DNA of 64,000 nucleotides from an uncultured Planctomycetaceae bacterium (GTDB taxonomy: Bacteria; Planctomycetota; Planctomycetia; Planctomycetales; Planctomycetaceae). Location of the stretch: positions 192,001 to 256,000 of the forward strand of contig CAWFAK010000016.1 in the NCBI GenBank assembly GCA_963813715.1, given 5' to 3'. Position numbers and translations under genes: made by a program. The notes below the pieces were generated by a model. The model saw only the letters and a list, made by a program, of their open reading frames with translations. It did not search any database and was not told the DNA's origin. This document shows positions 46,392-56,322 of the stretch, in pieces. How positions within the stretch are numbered: the stretch's first letter is position 1; the number at the start of each line of letters is the position of its first letter.

Positions 46392-46613
46392 ATGCGGAAG
46401 TTCGTGATCACCGCTTCAATCCTGGCTGCAGCGGCGGCGACTCAGGTCGGCTGCTTCGTGCCCATCTACTCGTCCCAACCGGACGTGCGGGCACGGGAGC
46501 TGATCTACCAGTCGGAAAACCTCCGGCACATCCCTGACGTCTGGGAACGGATTTGGGGATTGGACATGCCGGACGTTGAAACTCCGTACCGCACCCACGG
46601 TGGCGTGATTTAG
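46392..46613 (+). CDS. small secreted/lipoprotein (73 aa), planctomycete-type
   Basis: SD GGAGG; QVGC lipobox-like motif; WERIW..DMP..TPYRTHGGVI C-terminus. Confidence 0.8.
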   Translation: MRKFVITASILAAAAATQVGCFVPIYSSQPDVRARELIYQSENLRHIPDVWERIWGLDMPDVETPYRTHGGVI

Positions 46614-46789
46614 TTCAGCTTCGGCTGATCGAACTGGTCCCATTGGGACGGCTTTGGCGCTGCGCCCGTCGTCCGCGCGTCGACTCTGCACTTCCGTCTC
46701 GATCCTTCACCACAAAAAGGTCTCTCTCCTCTAGCGGTTTGCCCTGCCCAGATCGGCTGATATGCTGACCCGCGGAGGATCCTCTTCGC

Positions 46790-47725
46790 GTGAGTCGCCT
46801 CGCCGTCAGGCTCAATCGTCTCGAACTCGCCAATCCCATTTTGGTTGCGTCCGGCACCTTCGGGTACGCACGCGAGATGCAGGCCTTCGTCCCCTTTGCC
46901 AAGCTGGGGGGCGTCATTCCGAAGACGGTCACGCCGTTGCCGCGGTTGGGGAATCCGCCGCCGCGGACAGTCGAGACGGCTGCCGGCCTACTGAACTCGA
47001 TCGGCCTCGATAACGACGGGCTCGACGCGTTCGTCGAAAAGCATCTCCCCTACTTGCTCGAATTGGGAACCGCGGTCCTCGTCAACATCGCCGGAGCGAC
47101 CATCGACGAGTTCGTGGCCATGGCCGCGCGGCTCGATGCGTTTCCGCGAATCGCCGGCCTGGAACTCAACATCTCCTGCCCGAACGTCAGCGGCGGGGTT
47201 GATTTCGGCACCGATTCGAAGATGGCCGCGGACCTGGTGAGGCGCGTGCGGGAAGCCTGCCGGTTCCCGATCGTTGCCAAGCTGACGCCGAACGTCACGC
47301 GGATCGTATCCATCGCACAGGCCGTCGCTAACGCGGGTGCGGACGCCGTTTCGCTCGTGAACACGTTTCAGGGGCTGGCCGTCGATTGGCGGCGGCGGCG
47401 ACCCATCCTGGGAGCCGGCATGGGCGGACTGAGCGGGCCGGCGATCAAGCCGCTGGCACTGCGTTGCGTTTGGCAAGTCGCCCAGGGCGTGCCGGGGCTG
47501 CCGATCATTGGCGTCGGCGGGATTTCTTCGCTCGATGACGTGATGGAGTATCTCGTTTGCGGGGCCTCGGCCATCCAAGTGGGAACTGCCAATTTCTATG
47601 ACCCCGGCGCTGCGCCACGATTGGTCGACGAACTCTCGAAGTTGGTCGAGGCGGAAGGCTGGCCCGATCTCAGTGCGGTGATCGGCACCCTGCGTCCGCC
47701 TGCCAACGTTCCGCCGGCGCATTAA
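46790..47725 (+). CDS. pyrD: dihydroorotate dehydrogenase, family 1
   Basis: [38 protein letters not shown]. Confidence 0.93.
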   Translation: MSRLAVRLNRLELANPILVASGTFGYAREMQAFVPFAKLGGVIPKTVTPLPRLGNPPPRTVETAAGLLNSIGLDNDGLDAFVEKHLPYLLELGTAVLVNIAGATIDEFVAMAARLDAFPRIAGLELNISCPNVSGGVDFGTDSKMAADLVRRVREACRFPIVAKLTPNVTRIVSIAQAVANAGADAVSLVNTFQGLAVDWRRRRPILGAGMGGLSGPAIKPLALRCVWQVAQGVPGLPIIGVGGISSLDDVMEYLVCGASAIQVGTANFYDPGAAPRLVDELSKLVEAEGWPDLSAVIGTLRPPANVPPAH

Positions 47726-47836
47726 AAGACGTTCAAGAGCCGCGCGAGAGTCCTGGTAAGTCGGGGAAACCTTGCTTGCCGCGCGGGTCGCAATTCGCGG
47801 CCCCCGGGCGATCTGGAGCGCCAAAAGGGGGAAGTT

Positions 47837-47864
47837 TCAACCGTTTTACCCCCCGTGCCGATAA
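47837..47864 (+). promoter_or_regulatory. sigma28 (FliA/WhiG)-like promoter
   Basis: TCAA-N16-GCCGATAA, about 80 bp upstream of the gene at 47942. Confidence 0.5.
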
Positions 47865-47941
47865 TGCCAAATGCACGGGTCCGACCGTATATCTCGCGCC
47901 TCTCTCGGTGGACCCGCGGACTGGTTTGAACGGGGGATGAC

Positions 47942-48748
47942 GTGTCGGCGTTTCGCAAAAGCGTGAGTTCTTTGCGTGCGACCCGCTGTTCGGTTGCGCT
48001 CGCTGCTGCCTGTGTCGCGCTTTGGCTGCCGGGCTGCGCGTGGAGCGAGAAGATCAAGGTCGCGGGCGACGGGTCGCCCGAGTATCAGAATCTGCAGATC
48101 ACTTACGACCTGGCATCAACACCGGATTTGCAGCGTCTCGACCAGCCCGCGCCGATCGTGCAAACCTCGAATGTCGACTCGAAGACTGACTCGGCAACCG
48201 CTGCTCCGACAACGCGCCCCTGGACGAAGCGGCGCGTGCACCTCGAGCTGCAATATCCGTATCCGGGCGTGCATCCTGCCTTCGCGCGGGCCACGCTTCG
48301 CATTGTGTCGGACGTGAAGATCAGCAAACCTGTCCAGCCGCCGGCCGTCGTGGAGTGGAAGGACGCGTTCTCGGGAACGCCCGTCACCTACTCGCAACAC
48401 AGCCCGTCCGGCATGTCGGCGCCTCAGCCGATGACGAAGCCGGAACCGATCGCGCCGCCCGCCAACCTGCCGCCGGAAGAGCAAGAAGAACTGGCCGCCA
48501 CCGAAGAGGTGCTCTACATCGACCTGCCGAAAACGGAGATCGACGCCCTGCTCCGCGAGCTGGCCAAAGAAGACTTCTTCAAGGCCCCCAGCAATCCCGA
48601 CGGCCAATCGCACGTGTTGGTCGTGGTGAATAAGGGCCGCTGCGAAAAGGGCTGGTCACGCGACGAACAGCTCGATCGGCTTGTGGAACTGCTGCGACGA
48701 CACGGCGCGCCTCTGCCGGCGACGGCGCTCGAAGCGAAAAATTCCTAA
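47942..48748 (+). CDS. hypothetical lipoprotein
   Basis: Signal peptide ending LPGC; Pro-rich insertions. Confidence 0.7.
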   Translation: MSAFRKSVSSLRATRCSVALAAACVALWLPGCAWSEKIKVAGDGSPEYQNLQITYDLASTPDLQRLDQPAPIVQTSNVDSKTDSATAAPTTRPWTKRRVHLELQYPYPGVHPAFARATLRIVSDVKISKPVQPPAVVEWKDAFSGTPVTYSQHSPSGMSAPQPMTKPEPIAPPANLPPEEQEELAATEEVLYIDLPKTEIDALLRELAKEDFFKAPSNPDGQSHVLVVVNKGRCEKGWSRDEQLDRLVELLRRHGAPLPATALEAKNS

Positions 48749-48787
48749 CGCCGCAAGAGTCGTGATGCGGCTGGGCGAGTGCGACTG

Positions 48788-49801
48788 TCAGAGCGTGCGG
48801 CCCAGCGCCGTGGCTACCTTGCGGCACTCTTCCATCACCTTGCCAAAGGCCGCCGGCGTGATCGACTGATCGCCGTCACTGAGGGCCGCATGCGGATCCG
48901 GGTGGACTTCCAAGAGTAGCCCGTCGCATCCAACCGCCACGGCGGCCAGCGACATGGGCGAAATCAGCGAGGCGATGCCGGTCCCGTGGCTCGGATCGAC
49001 GACGACCGGCAGGTGCGTTCGCTCGTGCAGATAGGGAACGGTGGCCAGCGGCAGCGTGAAGCGGGTGTGAGTCTCGAAGGTGCGGATGCCCCGCTCGCAG
49101 AGGACAACCTGGTTGTTGCCCTGGTCAAGCACGTATTCGGCGGCGAGCAAGAACTCGTCGATCGTGGCGGCCGGTCCGCGCTTGAGGAGCACCGGCTTCT
49201 TGGTCTCTCCGACCGCTTGCAGCAGGTGATAGTTCTGCATGTTGCGGGCGCCGATCTGCAGCACGTCGGCATACTGGCAGACCAGGTCGACGTGCTGGGG
49301 CGTCATCACCTCGGTGACGACGGCCAGGCCCGTCGCTTTGCGAGCGGCTGCCAGCATCTTCAGCCCCTCTTCCTTGAGTCCCTGGAACGAATAAGGGCTC
49401 GTGCGGGGCTTGAAGGCTCCGCCACGCAGGCCCTTAGCGCCGTACTTCTTGACGGCGATCGCGGACTCCATGATCTGTTCTTCGCTCTCAACCGAGCAGG
49501 GGCCGGCGATGATGCCGATCGAGCCGCAGCCAATCGCCAAATCGAGGGCCCGGACTTGCGTGGGCTCGGGCTTGGCTTCCCGGCTAGCCACCTTGTAAGG
49601 GGCAAGGATCGGAACCACCTTCTCGACCTCCTCGTACGAGGAAAGCACTTCGACGGCTCCATCCCGTTTCGCACCGATTGCCGCAATCACGGTCCGCTCC
49701 GTTCCGACCAGGACGTGCGCTTTCAGGCCCATCGATTCGACGCGTTTGACCATCCGCTGGACCATGTCCTTCGTTGCCGTACTCTTCATCACCACGATCA
49801 T
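48788..49801 (-). CDS. aroF: DAHP synthase (type I-beta, N-terminal regulatory domain)
   Basis: MIVVMK..., [36 protein letters not shown]; start ATG 49801. Confidence 0.95.
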   Translation of the reverse strand: MIVVMKSTATKDMVQRMVKRVESMGLKAHVLVGTERTVIAAIGAKRDGAVEVLSSYEEVEKVVPILAPYKVASREAKPEPTQVRALDLAIGCGSIGIIAGPCSVESEEQIMESAIAVKKYGAKGLRGGAFKPRTSPYSFQGLKEEGLKMLAAARKATGLAVVTEVMTPQHVDLVCQYADVLQIGARNMQNYHLLQAVGETKKPVLLKRGPAATIDEFLLAAEYVLDQGNNQVVLCERGIRTFETHTRFTLPLATVPYLHERTHLPVVVDPSHGTGIASLISPMSLAAVAVGCDGLLLEVHPDPHAALSDGDQSITPAAFGKVMEECRKVATALGRTL

Positions 49802-49888
49802 GGGCGGGCTTTCCGATGCAAATTGAAGGCCGACGGGACGGCGTTCGCGAACTGCTGAGACGTCGATCTCTGTTTGGCGATGCCTCAG

Positions 49889-49929
49889 GAACAAGAAAGC
49901 CCTGAAACCGACTGGGATTTCAGGGCCTT
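49889..49929 (-). terminator. intrinsic terminator (attenuator) in the aroF leader
   Basis: AAGGCCCTGAAATC-CCAGTC-GGTTTCAGGGCTTT: 14-bp stem followed by CTTGTT. Confidence 0.85.
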
Positions 49930-49954
49930 GGAGTGTTTTCTTTTATGGCTGGAA

Positions 49955-50023
49955 TTAGTTGCCAACGTACTCCGAGAGCCCCGCCTCGCAGGCGCTAAAC
50001 CAATAAAAGTGGAAGCGGGACAT
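49955..50023 (-). CDS. aromatic-amino-acid leader peptide MSRFHFYWFSACEAGLSEYVGN
   Basis: Five aromatic codons within codons 4-9; lies between the promoter and the terminator upstream of aroF. Confidence 0.82.
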   Translation of the reverse strand: MSRFHFYWFSACEAGLSEYVGN

Positions 50024-50056
50024 TTTCGTTCCAGTGGCTGGCTGATTATTTACCCG

Positions 50057-50085
50057 ATGATAAACACCGCGCTTTGGGCGGTCAA
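50057..50085 (-). promoter_or_regulatory. sigma70-type promoter of leader-aroF
   Basis: TTGACC-N17-TATCAT, 34 nt upstream of the leader ATG. Confidence 0.75.
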
Positions 50086-50267
50086 TCTTCCGCTTTCGTT
50101 CAAGTCCCCGCATTTGACGGACCCGGTCCGATTGGAGCGCGTCGCGCGGCTGTAGCGATTTTCCGGTCAATAAGTGGTCGACAATCGACCCGGTTCACCG
50201 CGAAGCAGGTGCCGAAGCTGCGCACGAGCCCTCATTCCCTGCTCACGGTTGTCGTTGCGCTAGCCGC

Positions 50268-50876
50268 TTAACGGCCGAGGAACGACACAACCTGGCCGAC
50301 GTCCACCGGCAAGCTGATGTCGGTCGCGCCGGGGAGTGACGTCACAATCGCCTTGAGGCTGGCCGGCTCGAAGGAAATCCAGTCGCAGCGGGACGCGGTG
50401 CCCGATTCGACCGCCGCTTGGTAAACGGCCTGCAAGTTCGGCCGGTTGCGAACGGTGATCACGTCGCCGGCATTCACGACGATCGACGGCGTGGCGACGG
50501 TGCGGCCGTTCACCTGAAAATGGCTGTGCACGATCCCCTGCCGAGCCTGGGGACGCGTGTGCACGAAGCCGGCGCGGCGGATCACATTGTCGAGCCGCCG
50601 TTCGCACAAGAGCATCAGCGTTTGCCCGGTGTTGCCCTTGGTCTTGCGGGCTAGCTCGAAGTAACGGCGGAGCTGGGCTTCACGGATGCCGTAATAGTGT
50701 TTGATCTTCTGCTTTTCGGCGAAAGCGGCCCCGTAGGTCGAAAACTTCTTGCGCCGGCCGTACATGCCGGGCGGAGTTTCGCGACGCTCATAGGCGCGGA
50801 CGGCCCCTGTGCTTTCGTAGACCATTGCAGCCAAGCGGCGGTTCACCCGCCCCTTCGGCCCCGTATGCCGACCCAT
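50268..50876 (-). CDS. rpsD: 30S ribosomal protein S4 (no Zn-binding Cys motif)
   Basis: TGPKGR, EKQKIKHYYG, ERRLDNVI, RPQARQGIVHSH. Confidence 0.95.
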   Translation of the reverse strand: MGRHTGPKGRVNRRLAAMVYESTGAVRAYERRETPPGMYGRRKKFSTYGAAFAEKQKIKHYYGIREAQLRRYFELARKTKGNTGQTLMLLCERRLDNVIRRAGFVHTRPQARQGIVHSHFQVNGRTVATPSIVVNAGDVITVRNRPNLQAVYQAAVESGTASRCDWISFEPASLKAIVTSLPGATDISLPVDVGQVVSFLGR

Positions 50877-51003
50877 GCCGACCTTCCTTCCCCGAATTCA
50901 CCCGTCTCGAAAAGTTGCGAAACGCCAAATTTAGAGAGCCCCGGCCGCAGTTGCAAGGGCAGGACCGGGGTCAAAACGGCCGGCGGGAACTACAATCCTC
51001 GCC

Positions 51004-51792
51004 ATGAACCTCATCGACACCCACGTCCACCTGGACGAAGAGGCGTTCCGCCCCGATCGTGACGAAGTCGTCGCCCGGGCCGCCGCGGCCGGCGTCGTCT
51101 CGATGATCACCATCGGAATCACTGCCGCCACCAGCCGTGCGGCCGTCGAACTAGCCCAGTCGTCCCCCTCGGTCTACGCCGCGGTTGCCATTCAGCCAAA
51201 CTACGTCTCGCAAGCCGCCCCCGGTGACTGGGAACTGATTCAGGAACTGGCGACACAGCCCAAGGTCGTGGCCGTGGGCGAAACGGGCCTCGATCGCTAT
51301 TGGGACTACGCCCCATTCGACCTGCAAGTCGAGTTCTTTGACAAGCATCTCGAGCTGGCGAAACGGCTCGATCTGCCGTTCATCGTCCACTGCCGGGAGG
51401 CCGAGAGCGACGTCGTCGCCCAATTGCGGCGGGCGGCCGGAGGGGGCCAATTGCGGGGCGTGATGCATTCGTTTGCGGGGGACGCCGAAACCGCCCGTGC
51501 GTGCCTCGAGCTGGGGATGTACATCTCGTTCGCCGGCATGGTGACCTTCAAAAAGAACGATGCCCTGCGAGGCGTCGCCGCCGAAGTGCCACTCGACCGG
51601 CTGCTGGTCGAGACCGACGCTCCCTATCTGGCGCCTACTCCCTTTCGCGGTAAGCGAAACGAGCCCGCGTACGTCCGGAACACGGCCGAGACCCTGGCCT
51701 CCGTCCGCAACCTGAGTCTCGACGAGATCGCCCGGGTCACGACCGAGAACGCCCGACGGCTGTTCGGTCTGCCAGAGCCACGAACGCAGTAA
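51004..51792 (+). CDS. tatD: TatD-family hydrolase/DNase
   Basis: DTHVHL, GETGLD, VHCRE, MHSF, ETDAPYL. Confidence 0.92.
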   Translation: MNLIDTHVHLDEEAFRPDRDEVVARAAAAGVVSMITIGITAATSRAAVELAQSSPSVYAAVAIQPNYVSQAAPGDWELIQELATQPKVVAVGETGLDRYWDYAPFDLQVEFFDKHLELAKRLDLPFIVHCREAESDVVAQLRRAAGGGQLRGVMHSFAGDAETARACLELGMYISFAGMVTFKKNDALRGVAAEVPLDRLLVETDAPYLAPTPFRGKRNEPAYVRNTAETLASVRNLSLDEIARVTTENARRLFGLPEPRTQ

Positions 51793-51938
51793 ACAGTAAA
51801 GCGGTGTCTTTTGTCTTCCGGGATTCGATCTGCCGTCGCCGATCCCAAGTCACTTGGACTCGCCGCAGGCACGGGCGTTGCCTAGAATTCGTCGCTTGAT
51901 AGCCCTGGTTTCCGAGTCAACTGTCGAGGGACTGTGCA

Positions 51939-53174
51939 ATGCGGGTTTTAGCGCGACAGCCGATGCGATTTGCGATCGCTGGGATCGTCCTATTGTCGCT
52001 CGTCGGATTCGTGATCGTTCGCGCGGCCCTCGCGCAGGACACGCCTGCTTCGGAAGATGCCAAAGGCGACAGCGCGAAGGCGCAAGCGAAAGCCGTGGCA
52101 ATGTCGCCCACGACCTACGTCGTGCCGCCCAATGCCACGGTGCCCGAGCTGCTGAAATTTATCTCCAGGATCGACGGCATGCGGCCGGAGCTCGATTCGG
52201 AGACTGACGTCGTCAAGTTCCTCACGATGTCCCGCACGGCGATTCTGAAAGCCTCCGAGAAAGTTCTGGCATCCCGGCCGAACGACGAGCAAGAAGTCAA
52301 CGCGCTCAAAGCCAAGCTGCATGCGTACCAGGTTCTGATCATGGTGGGCACGCCTGACGCGGCCGCCAAGGGACTCAAGTTCGCCGAGGAACTCAAGCAG
52401 GACAAACGGCCCGAGCTGGCGGAGATTGCCGAGGGGGCTTGGTTCGATTTCAAGATGTCGACGGTGCCGGCGCTCGATGCCAAGGAACGCCGGGCGCTGG
52501 TCGACGCCGTCACGGCCGCGCTCCGCAAAAAGCCGCAGTCTTACGCCGAGCTCGCGGAAAATTTCGGCCGGATGCTCGAGGGCCTGGGTGACGGCGAGAA
52601 TGCCGCGGCTGCCTACGGCAGCTTTGGTGAAGTGCTCAGCCAGAACCTGGACAAGAAAATTCGCGACTATGGCGAGATTCTCAAGAACGGAGCCGTCCGG
52701 CGCGCCCGCCTGCTAACCGGCGAACCGGTCAAGGTCGCGGGCAAGACGATCAACGGCAAGCCGTTTGATATCGCCCAGTACAAAGGGAAAGTCATCATCG
52801 TCGATTTCTGGGCGACTTGGTGCGGCCCGTGTCTGGCGGAACTTCCCAACCTCAAAAAGATCTACGAGAAGTATCACGATCGCGGACTGGAAATCGTCGG
52901 CGTCGACCTCGACAACGACGGCGACGCACTGGCCAAGTTCCTGAAGGACAACGACCTTCCCTGGACGATCCTGCACAATTCGGAGCCGAAGAAAACCGAG
53001 GACGAGAAACCGGGTTTCACCGATCCGAACGCGGAGCAATACGGGATCACCGGCATTCCCACGATCATCTTGATCGACCGGAAAGGCAAAGTGATTTCGC
53101 TCGACGCGCGGGGTGAGCAACTGGCCACGCTCGTCGACGGTTTAGTCGGCGGCGACGGCACTCTTCGGAAGTAG
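51939..53174 (+). CDS. exported TlpA-like thiol-disulfide oxidoreductase with helical N-terminal domain
   Basis: Signal peptide; DFWATWCGPC; GIP cis-Pro loop. Confidence 0.88.
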   Translation: MRVLARQPMRFAIAGIVLLSLVGFVIVRAALAQDTPASEDAKGDSAKAQAKAVAMSPTTYVVPPNATVPELLKFISRIDGMRPELDSETDVVKFLTMSRTAILKASEKVLASRPNDEQEVNALKAKLHAYQVLIMVGTPDAAAKGLKFAEELKQDKRPELAEIAEGAWFDFKMSTVPALDAKERRALVDAVTAALRKKPQSYAELAENFGRMLEGLGDGENAAAAYGSFGEVLSQNLDKKIRDYGEILKNGAVRRARLLTGEPVKVAGKTINGKPFDIAQYKGKVIIVDFWATWCGPCLAELPNLKKIYEKYHDRGLEIVGVDLDNDGDALAKFLKDNDLPWTILHNSEPKKTEDEKPGFTDPNAEQYGITGIPTIILIDRKGKVISLDARGEQLATLVDGLVGGDGTLRK

Positions 53175-53206
53175 CCACACGCATTGGTCCGACGGAGCAG
53201 GTCTGA

Positions 53207-53284
53207 GGGTGGCACTGGCGGCTTGTCCGCCAGTGTGCCTTTGGGAAGCGGAGACCACTGGCGGACGAGCCGCCAGTGCCACCC
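53207..53284. repeat. REP doublet (same family as 19619-19705)
   Basis: 29-nt inverted arms at 53207-53235 and 53256-53284, between convergent genes. Confidence 0.88.
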
Positions 53285-53307
53285 CAATCGCTCGCGTCGG
53301 GCTTATT

Positions 53308-54339
53308 TCAGCCGGTCGAGCGAAGCGCCAGGCAGATCAGTCCGGCCAGAACGGCTGTTGTCGGGATCGTGAGCACCCAGGCCCAGACCACGGTCGCCAC
53401 CACGCCCCAGCGGACGGCGGTGAGCCGCTTGATCGAGCCGACGCCGATGATCGCGCCCGTAATCGTGTGCGTGGTGCTCACCGGAATGCCGCCGAAGATC
53501 ACCGCGATTAGCGTCAAGGCCGCCCCGGTTTCGGCGCAGAAGCCGTCCATCGGTCGCAGGTGAATGATCTTCTGCCCCATCGTCTTGACGATCCGCCAGC
53601 CGCCGAGCATCGTCCCCAAGCCCATCGCCAGGTAGCACGACAGCACGACTTCGGTCGGCACATCGGTCGGAGTCTTGAACGCTTTGCCCCCCTGACTTGC
53701 GGCGATCAGCAGCACGAAGATGATGCCCATCGTCTTCTGCGCGTCGTTGCCGCCGTGCCCCAGGCTATAAAACGCGGCCGACACCAACTGGCCGCGGCGA
53801 AAGGTTTTTTCCACGCGGCTCGGGCTGGCCCGATGAAACAGCCACATCACGGTGAAGGCGATCAGCCCACCCAACAGTCCGCCGATGACCGGCGAGAGGA
53901 CGACGAAGGCGGCCACTTTGCCGATCCCGTCCCACTCGAGCGCGTGCCAGCCCCCTTTGGCGAATCCGGCTCCGATCAGACTGAACGTGAGCGCGTGCGA
54001 CGAACTGGTCGGCAACCCCAGGTACCAGGTGAAGAGATTCCACATGATGGCCGACATCAGGGTGGCCGCAATGACGCTATTGTCGACCAGGCTGGGATCG
54101 ATCAGCCCGGTCCCCACCGTCCGGGCGACGCGCAGATGAAAGATGGCGAAGGCCATAAAGTTGAAAAAGGCGGCCCAAACGACCGCCACTCCCGGGCTGA
54201 GCACGCGGGTCGAGACGACGGTCGCAATGGAGTTGGCCGCGTCATGGATGCCGTTTGTGAAGTCGAATACCAGGGCCAGCCCGGCCAAAAGCAAGACGAC
54301 CCACGGCAGCGACAAATAGGGAACGGTCCCAAACTGCAT
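53308..54339 (-). CDS. PiT-family inorganic phosphate transporter
   Basis: NGIHDAANSIAT, GLPTSSSHA, HGGNDAQK, PVSTTH. Confidence 0.92.
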   Translation of the reverse strand: MQFGTVPYLSLPWVVLLLAGLALVFDFTNGIHDAANSIATVVSTRVLSPGVAVVWAAFFNFMAFAIFHLRVARTVGTGLIDPSLVDNSVIAATLMSAIMWNLFTWYLGLPTSSSHALTFSLIGAGFAKGGWHALEWDGIGKVAAFVVLSPVIGGLLGGLIAFTVMWLFHRASPSRVEKTFRRGQLVSAAFYSLGHGGNDAQKTMGIIFVLLIAASQGGKAFKTPTDVPTEVVLSCYLAMGLGTMLGGWRIVKTMGQKIIHLRPMDGFCAETGAALTLIAVIFGGIPVSTTHTITGAIIGVGSIKRLTAVRWGVVATVVWAWVLTIPTTAVLAGLICLALRSTG

Positions 54340-54611
54340 TGTCGCCCAAAAATGCGGCACCGCTCGAGGCTCCTTGGAGGCTGGGGACCGGCCCTTTGAC
54401 GATCGGAATCGGGCGCGGTTCCCAAATTCGTGGCTGGGTGATGGTAGCCGGGGCGGCGCGTCTTTGTCACGCTGGAGCAATTGGGGAAATCGCCCCCGCG
54501 ACACAGCCCGACTCGTTTCGACGAGCCGTCGATTTGTGACGCCCTCGGCCGGAAAGTACGATTCGCCGTTCGATCATCGGCCCGCTGCGGCGCGCCTGCG
54601 GAGAGCTTTGG

Positions 54612-55490
54612 GTGCCTGGTACGCACGGACCGCTGTGGATCGCCGCGATCTATTCGGCCGCGGTGGTGCTGGCGTCACTGGCCGGCGGCTGGTTGCCGCT
54701 GATCATGCGGCTCACGCACACGCGCATGCAAGTGTCGATGAGTTTGTGCGGCGGGCTGATGTTGGGGATCGGCCTGCTGCACATGCTGCCGCACGCGTTT
54801 GCGGCCCTTGGCTCGCTCGATCAGACCGTGCTTTGGATGCTGGCCGGCCTGTTGTCGATGTTCTTCCTGATCCGGGCCTTCCATTTTCACCAGCACGAGG
54901 CGGCGGTGCCGCCCCACGTCCACTCGGCCACTTGTGAGCCTCATTCGCACCATCCGCCCGGACAACTGAGCTGGGTGGGTGTGCTGCTGGGCCTGGGGAT
55001 TCACACGCTGCTCGACGGCGTGGCCCTGGCCGCGGCCGTTGCGGCCGATGCGCAAGAGGGCCATGCCGGGCTGTGGGGCTTGGGCGTCTTTTTGGCGATC
55101 CTCCTGCACAAACCGCTCGACACGGTGCCGATCTCGATTTTGATGCGAGCCCAACACGCGCCCCGCCGGTTGCAGCATGCGGTAAACGTGGGGTTTGCCG
55201 CGCTTTGCCCGTTGGGGGTCGCGCTGTTCTTTCTTGGCTTCAGTCGATTTTCGGAATTTCAGATGTCGTTGGTCGGCTGTGCGCTGGCGTTCTCCGCGGG
55301 CGTGTTCGTCTGCATCTCGCTGGCCGACTTGCTGCCGGAGGTGGAGTTTCACACGCACGACCGCGTCAAGCTCTCGCTCGCCCTTTTGATTGGCGTGGGC
55401 GCGGCATATGCCATCGGCTACTTGGAGCCGGAGGGGCGCACGAAGCGCACGCGCCACGCGGCCGCCGGCGAAGCGCCGCCGTCACACTAG
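54612..55490 (+). CDS. ZIP-family metal transporter
   Basis: LLHMLPHA, His-rich loop, HTLLDG, LHKPLD, DLLPE. Confidence 0.88.
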   Translation: MPGTHGPLWIAAIYSAAVVLASLAGGWLPLIMRLTHTRMQVSMSLCGGLMLGIGLLHMLPHAFAALGSLDQTVLWMLAGLLSMFFLIRAFHFHQHEAAVPPHVHSATCEPHSHHPPGQLSWVGVLLGLGIHTLLDGVALAAAVAADAQEGHAGLWGLGVFLAILLHKPLDTVPISILMRAQHAPRRLQHAVNVGFAALCPLGVALFFLGFSRFSEFQMSLVGCALAFSAGVFVCISLADLLPEVEFHTHDRVKLSLALLIGVGAAYAIGYLEPEGRTKRTRHAAAGEAPPSH

Positions 55491-55502
55491 CGGCCGCTCC
55501 CG

Positions 55503-56198
55503 CTACTTCAGTTCTCGCAGCTTGATGTTCTTGAACCAGCAGGGCGAGCCGTGGTCTTGCAGGCCGATGTAGCCGTGCTTCGGGTGGTCTTTGTAGGCGA
55601 CGTCGAACTTGTGCGGGGTGCCGTTGGGTCGCACGTTGGGCGCGGTGAACTGTGAGAGGTCAATCGAATTGACCTGCTTGCCGTTGAGATCGACGGTGAT
55701 ATTCGGGCCGTCGCACTTGACCTCGATGTGGTTCCACTGGCCGGTCGGCTTGGTCGCGTCGACGAGCGCGGGCGACAAGTCATAGATCGCCCCGGTGGCG
55801 TGGTAACCCTCTTTGATCCCGTCGTCGATGGCCACCTCGATTCCGTTGTAGCCGACGTCCTTGTTCTTTCGCGGCGTGAGCGGATAGGTCCGCACGAAGA
55901 TGCCGCTATTGCACAGGGAGGAGACTTTGAAGTCGCACTTCAGCTCGAAGTTCGAGAATTCCTTGTCGTATACGAGCATATAGGCACCGCAGCGGTGCGG
56001 ATTGATCGCCTCGTGGTCGACGCCCCGGTTGCTGGGTTTGCCGTCGCTCCGCATCCAGCCGTCCAAACTTTTGCCATCGAAGAGCAGCGTCCACCCGGCA
56101 CCCTTTTCCTCGGGAGTTAGCTCGTTGTCCTGGGCACGAGCGACCTGGGTCGAGACGCAGAGCGCAATACCGAGACTGGCGGCTAGCAGGCGCGACAT
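55503..56198 (-). CDS. DUF1080 (3-keto-disaccharide hydrolase-like) exported protein
   Basis: LFDGKSLDGW, NSGIF, GQWN, GYIGLQDHG..WFKNIK. Confidence 0.88.
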   Translation of the reverse strand: MSRLLAASLGIALCVSTQVARAQDNELTPEEKGAGWTLLFDGKSLDGWMRSDGKPSNRGVDHEAINPHRCGAYMLVYDKEFSNFELKCDFKVSSLCNSGIFVRTYPLTPRKNKDVGYNGIEVAIDDGIKEGYHATGAIYDLSPALVDATKPTGQWNHIEVKCDGPNITVDLNGKQVNSIDLSQFTAPNVRPNGTPHKFDVAYKDHPKHGYIGLQDHGSPCWFKNIKLRELK

Positions 56199-56322
56199 GA
56201 TCGGAACTCCCTGAATCCGGCGGAGCGAGACGGCCTTCCCACCACTGCTATCTACACATTCCGGATGCTTTGGTACAACCGTCGCGCGGACGAACGATGC
56301 CTAAAGCTCGGGGAGTCTCCCC

